From Myxococcota bacterium (GTDB lineage: Bacteria > Myxococcota_A > UBA9160 > UBA4427), in NCBI GenBank assembly GCA_036336835.1, contig JAYZFK010000016.1, positions 1 through 21,460 on the forward strand: a stretch of DNA of 21,460 bases, written 5' to 3'. Positions within the stretch are counted from its first letter, which is position 1, and every line of letters starts with the position of its first letter. The translations under genes were made by a program, and so were the position numbers. Positions 8,180-18,815 of the stretch are shown here, piece by piece. The notes below the pieces were generated by a model. The model was not told the origin of the DNA and did no database searches. It was given only the letters and a program-made list of their open reading frames with translations.

Positions 8180-8950
8180 TTGATCCCGGTTGGCAGATAC
8201 TCCGAAGCACACGGGCTGCTCGCCGGCCGCCGGGCCGTCGTCACCGCAGGCGCTGGCAGCGGTATTGGCTATGCAACGGCCCGGCGCTTCGTCGAGGAGG
8301 GCGCCGCCCTGGTGCTCTCCGACCGGCACGAGCGCCGCTTGCACGCCTCGGCCGAGGAGCTCGAGAAGCTCGGGGCAACGGTCCACGCCATTGCCTGTGA
8401 TGTCACAGTAGGGGCCGAGGTCGAGCAGCTCTTCGCCGGTGCGGTCGATGTACTCGGAGGGCTCGATGTGGTGGTGAACAATGCCGGGCTCGGTCACACG
8501 TCCGAGCTCGTCGAGACTAGCGATGAGGACTGGATGCGTGTGCTCGACGTAACCTTGAACGGAACCTTCCGCTGTCTGCGCGCCGCCTTGCCCCGGGTGA
8601 GCCCCGGTGGCTCGATCATCAACGTCGGAAGCGTGACCGCGCACCGCGCCGAGCGCGGCCAGGCTGCCTATGCCGCAGCCAAGGCCGGTGTCCACGCGCT
8701 CACGCGCTGTGCGGCCGTGGAGGCGGCGGAACGCAACATTCGCGTCAACGCGGTCGCGCCGACTCTTGCCACGCACGCCTTCCTGACCAGGGTCGCTGAT
8801 CCCGTTTACCTGGAAGAGATGGCTGCGCGGCAGCCGCAGGGACGAGCGGCGGAGCCGGCCGAGATTGCGGGTACGATCGCCTTCCTCGCCTCCGATCTCT
8901 CCGGATATCTCACAGGCGAGTGCATCAGTGCGAGCGCTCAGAAGTCATGA
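8180..8950 (+). CDS. ipdF: SDR oxidoreductase, IpdF (Rv3559c)-like
   Basis: IpdF-type signatures HGLLAGRRAVVTAGAGSGIG, SDRHERRL, NNAGLG, QAAYAAAK and a C-terminal YLTGECISASAQ. Start placed at TTG 8180; ATG 8093 is an alternative. Orthology versus paralogy cannot be resolved by eye. Confidence 0.8.
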   Translation: MIPVGRYSEAHGLLAGRRAVVTAGAGSGIGYATARRFVEEGAALVLSDRHERRLHASAEELEKLGATVHAIACDVTVGAEVEQLFAGAVDVLGGLDVVVNNAGLGHTSELVETSDEDWMRVLDVTLNGTFRCLRAALPRVSPGGSIINVGSVTAHRAERGQAAYAAAKAGVHALTRCAAVEAAERNIRVNAVAPTLATHAFLTRVADPVYLEEMAARQPQGRAAEPAEIAGTIAFLASDLSGYLTGECISASAQKS

Positions 8951-9369
8951 GGCTGTCCGACGACGCCAAACGTCTGCTCGACGGCGCCAATTTTGCCCAC
9001 CTCGCGACGCTGCAGGAGGACGGCTCGCCCAAGGTCGAGCCGGTCTGGGTCGGTCGCGACGGCGACCGCGTCCTCGTCACCTCCGACTCGAAGACGCTCA
9101 AGGGGCGCAACATTGCGCGCGACCCCAGGGTCGCTCTCTCGCTCGTCGACTTCGACAACCCCTATGAGCAGCTGCTGATTCGCGGTCGGGTCGTCGAGCA
9201 GCGCCCCGACGACGATCTCGCGTTCCTCGATTCACTCTCCCAGCGCTATACGGGCGCGCCCTTCGTGCGGCGCAAGTGGTCGCAACGCGCGATCTACGTG
9301 ATCGAGCCCGCCATCGCGCGCTACTACCGGTCGCCGTTGGCTCACAATCCCGCGATCCCTTCTACGTGA
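8947..9369 (+). CDS. PPOX-class (split-barrel) probable F420-dependent oxidoreductase
   Basis: LLDGANFAHLATLQEDGSPKVEPVWV..K.RNIARDPRVALS..D.DNPY....IRGRV..LSQRYTG pattern of the Rv1155-like family. ATG 8947 overlaps the previous TGA (ATGA). Confidence 0.88.
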   Translation: MRLSDDAKRLLDGANFAHLATLQEDGSPKVEPVWVGRDGDRVLVTSDSKTLKGRNIARDPRVALSLVDFDNPYEQLLIRGRVVEQRPDDDLAFLDSLSQRYTGAPFVRRKWSQRAIYVIEPAIARYYRSPLAHNPAIPST

Positions 9370-9391
9370 TTCGATATCTGGAGGACACCCC

Positions 9392-10147
9392 ATGGCCGTG
9401 ACCCACACGCTGAACGACGGCATTGCCGAAGTGGTGATGCATCACCCGCCGGTGAACGCCATCACTGTCGCGGATACCTGGAAGATCCGGGACACGTTCG
9501 CCGAGCTGTCGCGCGACCCGGGGCTGCGTGCGGTCATCCTCACCGCGGAGGGCAAGGGCTTCAACGCCGGAATCGACATCAAGGAGATGCAGCGCGTCGA
9601 TGGCTTCGAGCACCTGCTCGGCTCGGGCGAGGCCTGCTACGAGACCTTCAAGCAGATCTACGAAACACCCGTGCCCGTCATCGCGGCGGTAAACGACTTC
9701 TGCATGGGTCTCGGCATCGGTCTGGTCGGGAGCGCGGACATCATCATCGCCTCGACAAAGGCGCGCTTCGGGCTTCCGGAGCTCGACAATGGCGCGCTCG
9801 GCTGTGCCTCGCACCTGGCCCGACTGGTGCCTCCGCTCAAGCTGCGGCAGATGACACTCACCTGCATCCCGATCTCGGCGCAGGAGCTCTACGCGTACGG
9901 CACGGTGTTCAAGCTGACCGAGCCGGAGGCGCTGCGCAGCGAGGCTCGTCTGCTCGCGGAGCAGATCGCGCAAAAGCCCGCGGCCGCAGTGCGCTTTGCC
10001 AAGGCGGCTCTCAACCACATCGACCCGCAGGATCTGCACGGCAACTACCGGCTCGAGCAGGGCTACACCTACCAGCTCAACATCATGGGCGTTGGCGATC
10101 AGCAGCGCGATGCGTTCGTGGCCAAAGAACGCGACGTGACGCGTTAG
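9392..10147 (+). CDS. echA20: Enoyl-CoA hydratase/crotonase, EchA20 (Rv3550)-like ring-opening hydrolase
   Basis: PPVNAI, AEGKGFNAGIDIKEMQ, GIGLVG.AD, FGLPELD.GALG..HLARLVP, AK.ALN.ID and YRLEQGYT..LN..G....RDAFV match the recalled EchA20 pattern over the full length. SD GGAGGA upstream. Confidence 0.85.
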   Translation: MAVTHTLNDGIAEVVMHHPPVNAITVADTWKIRDTFAELSRDPGLRAVILTAEGKGFNAGIDIKEMQRVDGFEHLLGSGEACYETFKQIYETPVPVIAAVNDFCMGLGIGLVGSADIIIASTKARFGLPELDNGALGCASHLARLVPPLKLRQMTLTCIPISAQELYAYGTVFKLTEPEALRSEARLLAEQIAQKPAAAVRFAKAALNHIDPQDLHGNYRLEQGYTYQLNIMGVGDQQRDAFVAKERDVTR

Positions 10148-10149
10148 GC

Positions 10150-10914
10150 ATGAAGCGACTACAAGGCAAAGTGGCGCTCGTCACGGGAGCGGCCCGAGGC
10201 ATCGGTGAGAAGATCGCGGGCTTGTTCGCGGCCGAGGGCGCTGCGGTCGCGCTCGCCGATCGGCGCGATGAGCTCGGCGAAGCCGTCGCGGAGGACATCT
10301 GCAAGGCAGATGGACACGCGATCTACACTCATCTCGACATCACCTTGCAAGAGGATTGGCGCGTGGCGGTCGAGCGCGCGATCTCGGAGTTCGGCGGAGT
10401 GGACGTCCTCGTCAACAATGCGGGCATCATCCGCGTGAAGCCATTCGTCGAGACGAGCCTCGAGGAGCTGAGGAAAGTGCTCGACACGAACCTCGTCGGC
10501 GCTTTCCTCGGGATGCAGGCAGTCGTCGAGACCATGAAGGCGCGCGGGGGTGGCTCGATCGTCAACTTCTCTTCCGTGCAGGGCGTGGAGGGCCGCGAGG
10601 GGTTCTCGGCATACAGCGCCGCGAAGTTCGGCATCCGCGGCCTGTCCAAGACGGTCGCGATCGAGCTCGGACCGCACGGGATCCGCGTCAACACGCTCCT
10701 GCCCGGGCCGACGAAGACGGCGATGACCCGACGCAAGGGCTGGACCGACGAGCAGTACGCCGCCGCCCAAAGCGGCTATCCACTGGGTAGGATGGCGGCA
10801 GCCGAGGAGATCGCGCGTATGGCACTGTTCCTGGCTTCCGACGAAGCGTCCTTCTGCACGGGCGGCGACTTCGTCGTCGACGGCGGTGTGACCGCAGGCA
10901 AGCCGCGAGGTTGA
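10150..10914 (+). CDS. Classical SDR, 3alpha(20beta)-hydroxysteroid dehydrogenase-like, probably NAD-preferring
   Basis: TGAARGIG, Asp at the end of beta2 (LADR), NNAG, YSAAKFGIRGLSK, LGPHGIRVN and FCTGGDFVVDGG. Confidence 0.88.
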   Translation: MKRLQGKVALVTGAARGIGEKIAGLFAAEGAAVALADRRDELGEAVAEDICKADGHAIYTHLDITLQEDWRVAVERAISEFGGVDVLVNNAGIIRVKPFVETSLEELRKVLDTNLVGAFLGMQAVVETMKARGGGSIVNFSSVQGVEGREGFSAYSAAKFGIRGLSKTVAIELGPHGIRVNTLLPGPTKTAMTRRKGWTDEQYAAAQSGYPLGRMAAAEEIARMALFLASDEASFCTGGDFVVDGGVTAGKPRG

Positions 10915-10921
10915 TGTCCGG

Positions 10922-11698
10922 ATGCCCGACGCTTCGAAGGCGCTGTTCGATCTCACCGGTCGCGCGGCGATCGTCAGCGGCGCGAGCCGCGGAATCGGTC
11001 GCGCGATCGCACACGGGCTCGCCGAGGCGGGCGCCGCGGTCACGCTGGCTGCGCGTAATGGCGAGCTGTGCGCCGAGGTCGCCGAGGAGATCAACGCGGC
11101 CGGCGGCAGGGCCATCGGCGTGTCCTTCGATCTCGCGGATCCCGACACGCTGGGGCCCGTGGTGACTGCGGCCGTCGATGCCTTCGGTCGTCTCGACGTC
11201 CTGGTCAACAACGGTGCGATTCTGAAGCCGCATCTCATCGAGAGGCTCAGCGCCGACGAGATGGATCTGCTGCACGGCACCAACGTGCGCGGACCGGTGC
11301 TGCTGTCGCGGCTGGCCTTCCCGCATCTGAGGGCGAGCGGTCGAGGCTCGATCGTCAATCTAGCGGCCGTCGCGGGGCACAGGCCGATGAAAGGGCTCGG
11401 TGCCTACGGCGCGAGCAAGGCGGCACTGATCAGCTGGACGCGCGTGATGGCTCAGGAGTGGACGCCGCAGGGTGTTCGCGTCAACGGTCTGACGCCGGGC
11501 TCGGTCGCGACGGACATGATCCTTCCGAGAGACCCCGAGCAGCGCGAGCGTTTCATCGAAGAGCTGGGGTCGCAAAACCTGTTCGGCCGGATCGCGGACC
11601 CGCGTGAGATGATCGGCCCGGTGCTCTTCCTGGCGTCCGACGCATCCTCGTTCATGACAGGACAGGTTCTGGTCGTCGATGGAGGATTGATGGCATGA
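10922..11698 (+). CDS. Classical SDR oxidoreductase, probably NADP(H)-preferring
   Basis: FDLTGRAAIVSGASRGIG, LAARN, NNGA, YGASK and FMTGQVLVVDGG. Confidence 0.88.
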   Translation: MPDASKALFDLTGRAAIVSGASRGIGRAIAHGLAEAGAAVTLAARNGELCAEVAEEINAAGGRAIGVSFDLADPDTLGPVVTAAVDAFGRLDVLVNNGAILKPHLIERLSADEMDLLHGTNVRGPVLLSRLAFPHLRASGRGSIVNLAAVAGHRPMKGLGAYGASKAALISWTRVMAQEWTPQGVRVNGLTPGSVATDMILPRDPEQRERFIEELGSQNLFGRIADPREMIGPVLFLASDASSFMTGQVLVVDGGLMA

Positions 11699-12453
11699 AG
11701 CAGCTCGAGAACAAGGTGGCCGTCGTGACGGGCGGCTCGCGCGGGATCGGCGCCGCGATCGCCGGCGCACTCGTGGCTGCGGGTGCTCGCGTGGTCATCT
11801 CCGGCAGAACGGAGCGCACCGTCAAGGAGACCGCCGAGCGGCTTGGCGCGCTGGGCGTCGTTGCCGACGCGAGTGATCCCGAGAGCGCTCGCGAGCCGGC
11901 GCGCCAGGCGATCGAACAGCTCGGCGGCGTCGACATTCTCGTCAACAATGTCGGCGGCGTGGCCGGGGGCAATCCGGACGTGTTTCGGGGCGACGACTCC
12001 GCGTTCCAGGATGCTCTGGTCTTGAACCTGACGTCCGCCTTCTGGGCAATAAGGGCCGCGGCGCCCTCCATGCGCGAGCGGGGCTACGGTCGCATCATCA
12101 ACATCGGCTCCGGCGCCTCCCGCCGCGCGTCGGCGTCACCCGGCTACACCGCCGCCAAGCACGGGATCGTCGGCTTGACGAAGCAGCTGGCGCAGGATCT
12201 CGCGCGCCACGGCATCACGGTCAACTGCGTCTGCCCGGGCTGGACGAACACGGACCTCGTGTCGTTTCCGGCGATCGCCAAACGCAGCGGCAGCAGTGAA
12301 GACGAGGCGCGCGCGAGTGCCGAGGCCGAGAGCGCTCAGCGCCGGATCCTCGAGCCGGGTGAGCTCGGCCCGATGGCGGTTCTCCTGGCGTCGCCACAGG
12401 GCGGTGGCATCACTGGCCAGGTGATCGGCGTCGACGGCGGCTACCGACTCTGA
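11695..12453 (+). CDS. Classical SDR oxidoreductase (3-hydroxybutyrate dehydrogenase/ketoacyl reductase-like)
   Basis: TGGSRGIG, ISGRT, NNVG, YTAAKHG, VNCVCPGW and ITGQVIGVDGG; ATGA overlap with the upstream gene. Confidence 0.88.
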   Translation: MKQLENKVAVVTGGSRGIGAAIAGALVAAGARVVISGRTERTVKETAERLGALGVVADASDPESAREPARQAIEQLGGVDILVNNVGGVAGGNPDVFRGDDSAFQDALVLNLTSAFWAIRAAAPSMRERGYGRIINIGSGASRRASASPGYTAAKHGIVGLTKQLAQDLARHGITVNCVCPGWTNTDLVSFPAIAKRSGSSEDEARASAEAESAQRRILEPGELGPMAVLLASPQGGGITGQVIGVDGGYRL

Positions 12454-12464
12454 GGGGAGCGAGC

Positions 12465-13607
12465 ATGAGCGATCGCACGCGCGTGATCTCAGCGGACTCG
12501 CACATCGTCGAGCCTCCGGACCTGTTCACCGAATCCATCGATCCGAAGTTTCGCGACCGTGCGCCCCATGTGATCCAGGATCCGGAGCTCGGCGCGATCT
12601 GGGACGTCGAAGGTCTCGGCTTTCCGAGCGTCGAGCTGATGGGCGGTGCCGGGAAGAAGCTGGCGGAGATCGAATCGACCGCCCGCTTCGAGCGAGCGCG
12701 GCAGGGCGGCTGGGATCCCGACGAGCGAATCCGCGACATGGACACGACCGGGGTCTACGGCGCGCTGCTGTATCCGACGATTGGATTTCACTGCTATGGC
12801 ATCGCCGACCTCGCTCTGATGAATGCCGTGCTCGCGGCGTGGAATGACTGGATCAGCGATTTCTGCTGGGACCGATCCGAGCGGCTCAAGGGCGCGGGCT
12901 GTGTCGTGCTCGACGATGTCGACCACGCGATCGCCGAGATGGAGCGTTGCAAGCGGCTCGGCCTGGCGACGGTCAACGTACCCAGCCAGCTCGAGGGCGA
13001 ACACTACGGCACCGGCGCCTACGACCGCTTCTGGGCGGCCGCCCAGGATCTCGAAATGCCGATCAGCACCCATATCGGCTCGACTCGAGGCGCGCTATCG
13101 CACAGCCGCGCGAGGGAGCAGATGCGAGCGCTGGTGGCGGGCCCGGTGCGCGACTACACCAGCGGCGCTGTCGTGCTGCCGGACTGGCACGTGCAGGAGA
13201 TGATCTTTCAACTGATCGCGTCCGGCGTCTTCGAGCGCTTTCCGAGGCTCCGGTTCGTCTGTGCCGAGTTCGAGGCGGGCTGGGCGGCGTCGATGCTCAC
13301 GTATCTCGACTCCGCGATCTGGGAGGGCACGCATCCGTACGTGCTCTACGATCTCCCCATGAAGCCGAGTGAGTACTTCCAACGCAACATGGCACTCACG
13401 TTCATTCGCGACGAGGTTGCCGTCCGTTGCTGCGACTTGATCGGTGTCGACAACCTGATGTGGTCGGATGACTACCCACATCTCGAATCGTGCTGGCCGG
13501 ACTCGTCGGCCGTGATCGACCGCGTGCTGCCCGAAGGCAGGATCCCTGACGAGGCGCGCAACAAGATCCTGTCCGGCAACGCGAGCCGGATCTACGGCTG
13601 GTCGTGA
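12465..13607 (+). CDS. Amidohydrolase family 2 protein (metal-dependent hydrolase/decarboxylase/hydratase)
   Basis: ISADSHIVEP, RIRDMD..G, LYPT, YDRFWAAAQDL.MPISTH, SGVFERFPRL..E...GW, PSEYF and LMWSDDYPH; SD GAGGGGAG. Confidence 0.9.
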   Translation: MSDRTRVISADSHIVEPPDLFTESIDPKFRDRAPHVIQDPELGAIWDVEGLGFPSVELMGGAGKKLAEIESTARFERARQGGWDPDERIRDMDTTGVYGALLYPTIGFHCYGIADLALMNAVLAAWNDWISDFCWDRSERLKGAGCVVLDDVDHAIAEMERCKRLGLATVNVPSQLEGEHYGTGAYDRFWAAAQDLEMPISTHIGSTRGALSHSRAREQMRALVAGPVRDYTSGAVVLPDWHVQEMIFQLIASGVFERFPRLRFVCAEFEAGWAASMLTYLDSAIWEGTHPYVLYDLPMKPSEYFQRNMALTFIRDEVAVRCCDLIGVDNLMWSDDYPHLESCWPDSSAVIDRVLPEGRIPDEARNKILSGNASRIYGWS

Positions 13608-13638
13608 GGGCCGAGCGGCCGACAGCGCGGAGGATCCC

Positions 13639-15381
<1,743 letters not shown>

Positions 15382-15492
15382 CTCGATCGCGTGTCGGACG
15401 TGACACGGTTCGCTGCGCGGGTGTCGTCGCGGCAGCAAACGCGCGGTCGATTCTGTGCAATGCTGTAGAGCGCACCGTATTCCGGAGGCACG

Positions 15493-16350
15493 ATGCCGGT
15501 CGAACACTTTGCGCCCGACACCCCGTCCGAACGCATCGTCGAGGTCATAGCGCGCGACGGCTGCGCGGTGATCGATCAGCTTGCGAGCCGCGCCGAGATG
15601 GAGCAGGTGCGCAGCGAGATGCAGCCGTTCCTCGATGCCGCCCCGGACGGCCCCGACGAGTTCGTCGGTCACCGCACGCGCCGCGTGGGCGGCCTGATCC
15701 CGCGCTCGCCGGCGTCGCGTCCGCTGATCACACATTCGAGGGTCGGTGACGTGGTCGGTGGTGTCCTTGCCCACGCGACCACGTTCCGTCTGCATCTGAC
15801 GCAGGTGATTGCGATCGGTCCGGGCGAGAGCCCGCAGAGCGTGCACCGCGACCAGTGGGCGTTCGACTTCTTTCCGTTCCCCAAGAGCTACGAGGCGCAG
15901 TGCAACACCCTCTGGGCGATGACGGACTTTCGCGAGGAGAACGGTGCGACGCGCCTCATCCCCGGCAGCAACCAATACGACGACAAGCTCGAGTTCCATC
16001 TCGCTGACACGGAGTGCGCGGAGATGGATGCGGGCTCGGTGCTCTTCTACTCCGGCTCGCTGTACCACGGCGGGGGTCCCAATCGCAGCGACGCCGTGCG
16101 GATGGGCCTCAACATCACCTATGCGGTCTCGTGGCTGCGGCAGGAAGAGAACCAGTACCTGACCACGCCGATCGAGATTGCCCGCGGGCTGCCGGAGGAC
16201 CTGCTGCGGCTGATGGGTTATCAGCGCGGAGCCTACGCGCTCGGCTACGTCGATGACATGCGCGATCCGATGCAGGCCGTGAACCCGGAGTTCGTGCGCG
16301 ACGGCTTGGGCGATCTCGAGAGCGCGGTCGCGCGGGCTCGCGGCGAGTAG
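15493..16350 (+). CDS. Fe(II)/2-oxoglutarate dioxygenase, phytanoyl-CoA dioxygenase (PhyH) family
   Basis: HxD (VHRDQ), WAMTDF..ENGATR.IPGS, distal His (LYHGGG), 2OG-binding Arg (AVRMG) and WLRQEENQYL; SD GGAGG. Confidence 0.92.
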   Translation: MPVEHFAPDTPSERIVEVIARDGCAVIDQLASRAEMEQVRSEMQPFLDAAPDGPDEFVGHRTRRVGGLIPRSPASRPLITHSRVGDVVGGVLAHATTFRLHLTQVIAIGPGESPQSVHRDQWAFDFFPFPKSYEAQCNTLWAMTDFREENGATRLIPGSNQYDDKLEFHLADTECAEMDAGSVLFYSGSLYHGGGPNRSDAVRMGLNITYAVSWLRQEENQYLTTPIEIARGLPEDLLRLMGYQRGAYALGYVDDMRDPMQAVNPEFVRDGLGDLESAVARARGE

Positions 16351-16366
16351 CCGGGCCGGCTCGAGC

Positions 16367-17494
16367 TCAGGCCTCCAGGTGGAGCTTCAGCGTCGATCCG
16401 AGGCGGCGGTGCTCGATCAGGAAGGTGTCGTGCCCGTAGGGCGCATCGAGCTCTTCGTAGCTGACGGCTGCGCCGTCGCCCGACTTCTCGATCAAGTCGC
16501 GTAGCTCGCGCTGCTGCCAGATGGGGAACAGGACGTCGGTGGTGACTCCCACGATGAGGACCGGGCAGGCGATTCGCTCGATCGGGGCGGGTACTCCGTC
16601 GCCGGGCGGCTCGGTGAGATCGAACAGGTCCATCGCCTTCGAGATGTAGAGATAGGAGTTGGCGTCGTACTGCAGGCAGAACTTCTCAGCCTGGTGCGCG
16701 AGGTAGCGCTCGACCTCGAAATCCTCGGCCAGCCGCGGTGCGTCCTCGGTTGCGCGCGCGCGTCCGAAGCGTTCCTGCCACTCCGGGCCCGAGCGATAGG
16801 TGATGGTTCCGATCGCCCGCGCGACGCTCTGACCGCGATGGGGGAAGCTCGCGCCGTAGTAGCGACCCTCGTTCCAGTCGGGGTCGCACATGATCGCCCG
16901 GCGCTGCACGTAGCGCATCGCGATCGACTGCGGGTGCGAGCAGGCGGCGGCCGAGATGCTGGCGACTCGCCCCACTCGCTCCGGCGCCATCGCCGCCAGT
17001 GCGATCGACTGCATGCCGCCCAGTGATCCGCCGACCGAAGCGTGCAGACGCTCGACGCCCAGGTGGTCGATCAGCAGGAGCTGCGCTCGCAGCATGTCGA
17101 ACAACGTGATCACCGGGAAGTCGGTCGCGTAGGGCTCGCCGGTACGGGGATCGGTCGACGACGGACCGGTGCTGCCATAGCAGCCGCCCAGCAGGTTGGT
17201 GCACACGACGTGGAAGCGGTCGGTGTCGATTGCCGAGCCAGGGCCGATGTACTCTTCCCACCAGCCCGGGTGGGGGTTCCTTGCGTGGCTGCGCGCGTGG
17301 GAGGACGCCGACAGGCCGGTGTGGAGCAGCACCGTATTGTCGCGTTCGGGCGTCTGCTCCCCCCAGCTCTCGTAGGCGATCGTGAGCTCGGGAAGTTCTC
17401 CGCCGTGATCGCACGCGAACGGAGCGGGAGAGTGGAACGTCTCGTAGCCCGAGACGACCTTCTCGTACTGCGGCTCCGGCCCGTCCTGGGACAT
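16367..17494 (-). CDS. metX: MetX-family (alpha/beta hydrolase) O-acyltransferase, resembling the Cys2/CysA serine O-succinyltransferase subgroup
   Basis: Nucleophile GGSLGGMQ, Asp in TTDVLFP, His in YGHDTFL, plus GGCYGSTGPSS and HTGLSASSHA. ATG at 17494 has SD GGGAG; the ORF-track start at 17605 overlaps the P450. Confidence 0.9.
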   Translation of the reverse strand: MSQDGPEPQYEKVVSGYETFHSPAPFACDHGGELPELTIAYESWGEQTPERDNTVLLHTGLSASSHARSHARNPHPGWWEEYIGPGSAIDTDRFHVVCTNLLGGCYGSTGPSSTDPRTGEPYATDFPVITLFDMLRAQLLLIDHLGVERLHASVGGSLGGMQSIALAAMAPERVGRVASISAAACSHPQSIAMRYVQRRAIMCDPDWNEGRYYGASFPHRGQSVARAIGTITYRSGPEWQERFGRARATEDAPRLAEDFEVERYLAHQAEKFCLQYDANSYLYISKAMDLFDLTEPPGDGVPAPIERIACPVLIVGVTTDVLFPIWQQRELRDLIEKSGDGAAVSYEELDAPYGHDTFLIEHRRLGSTLKLHLEA

Positions 17495-17580
17495 TGGGGT
17501 CTCCCGGCGCGCTCTCTCGAAGCGTGCGATGGCGGACCGATCACGATACCGCAGCCGTCGCTCCATCGTATACTGCTCGC

Positions 17581-18789
17581 ATGAGTCGCGATCCCCTTCC
17601 GGCAACCGGGTTCGATCCGCTCGATACAGCCTCCGGCATTCCGTACGAAGGCTATGCCGAGCTACGCCGCGCAGCGCCGGTTTCTCGTACCCCGAGCGGC
17701 CTCGTCTTCCTGGCGCTGCAGGAGGACGTCCTGGCCGCCGCCAGGGCGGTCGACGTCTTTCGCTCCAACTTCCGGGGGCCCGGCGTGATCGTGCCGGACG
17801 ACGAGATGCTGATCAGCGAGATCCCCGAGCCGCGCCACGGTCAGGTGCGTCGCATCGTGAACTCGGCGGTCGCAGCGCACCGGATCGGCCGGATCGAGCC
17901 GTTCGTGCGGCAGTATTCGAGTGAGCGCGTCGACGAGATGATCGCCAGCGGCCGCTGCGAGCTGGTCAAGGGCCTGGTGATGCCGATTCCGACCGCCGTG
18001 ATTGCGCATCTGCTCGGCGCTCCGCCCGAAGACTTCTGGAAGTGGGCCGAATGGTCCGATGAGGTCGTACAGGGCGACTATCCCACGCTCAATCGAACCG
18101 ACCGCGGCGAGGGGCTCGCCGGCGGGCATCCGGAGTTTGCCGCCTATATCGACTGGCTGATCGCCGACCACCGCTCCGCCGATCCTCCGCCCGACGACTT
18201 CATCACCCGGCTCCTGCGCACCGAGATCGAGGGGATCCGCCTGAACGACGTGGAGCTCCGCACGCTACTCGCCTTCCTGCTGGTGGCCGGCAACGAGACG
18301 ACGCGCCATCTGCTCTCGAACCTGCTCCACACCCTGGCGACCCGGCCCGAGCTGCTCCCAGCGCTGCAGAGCGATCCCGCGCTGGCACACAACGCAGTCG
18401 AGGAGTCGCTGCGCCTCGATCCGCCGGTGGCGGTGCTGCTGCGCGAGTGCATCCAGGATACGACTGTGCGCGGCATGCCGATCCGGAAGGGCGAGCAGGT
18501 CGCGTTCAGCATCGCCTCGGGCAACCGCGACGAGCGGCACTACGAGGCGCCCGACGAGTTCCGTCTCGACCGTCCGCAGCCGAAGGGGCACATCGCATTC
18601 GGCGGCGGCCCGCACGTATGCCCGGGGGCGTCGCTCGCGCGACTCGAGGCGCGTGTCCTGCTCGATGTGCTGGCCGAGAAGGTCGAGCGCGTCGATCTCG
18701 AAGCGGGCTACCGCTGGCAGAAGGTCTCGGTCTTCTGGGCGAACGGCCCCCAGGGCCTGCCGGCGACAGTGACGGGCCGCGCCGCCTAG
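17581..18789 (+). CDS. Cytochrome P450
   Basis: I-helix AGNETT, K-helix EESLR, NRD and heme-binding FGGGPHVCPG; ATG at 17581. Confidence 0.95.
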   Translation: MSRDPLPATGFDPLDTASGIPYEGYAELRRAAPVSRTPSGLVFLALQEDVLAAARAVDVFRSNFRGPGVIVPDDEMLISEIPEPRHGQVRRIVNSAVAAHRIGRIEPFVRQYSSERVDEMIASGRCELVKGLVMPIPTAVIAHLLGAPPEDFWKWAEWSDEVVQGDYPTLNRTDRGEGLAGGHPEFAAYIDWLIADHRSADPPPDDFITRLLRTEIEGIRLNDVELRTLLAFLLVAGNETTRHLLSNLLHTLATRPELLPALQSDPALAHNAVEESLRLDPPVAVLLRECIQDTTVRGMPIRKGEQVAFSIASGNRDERHYEAPDEFRLDRPQPKGHIAFGGGPHVCPGASLARLEARVLLDVLAEKVERVDLEAGYRWQKVSVFWANGPQGLPATVTGRAA

Positions 18790-18815
18790 CAGGCTCCTGC
18801 GGCGCGCGGATTCAC

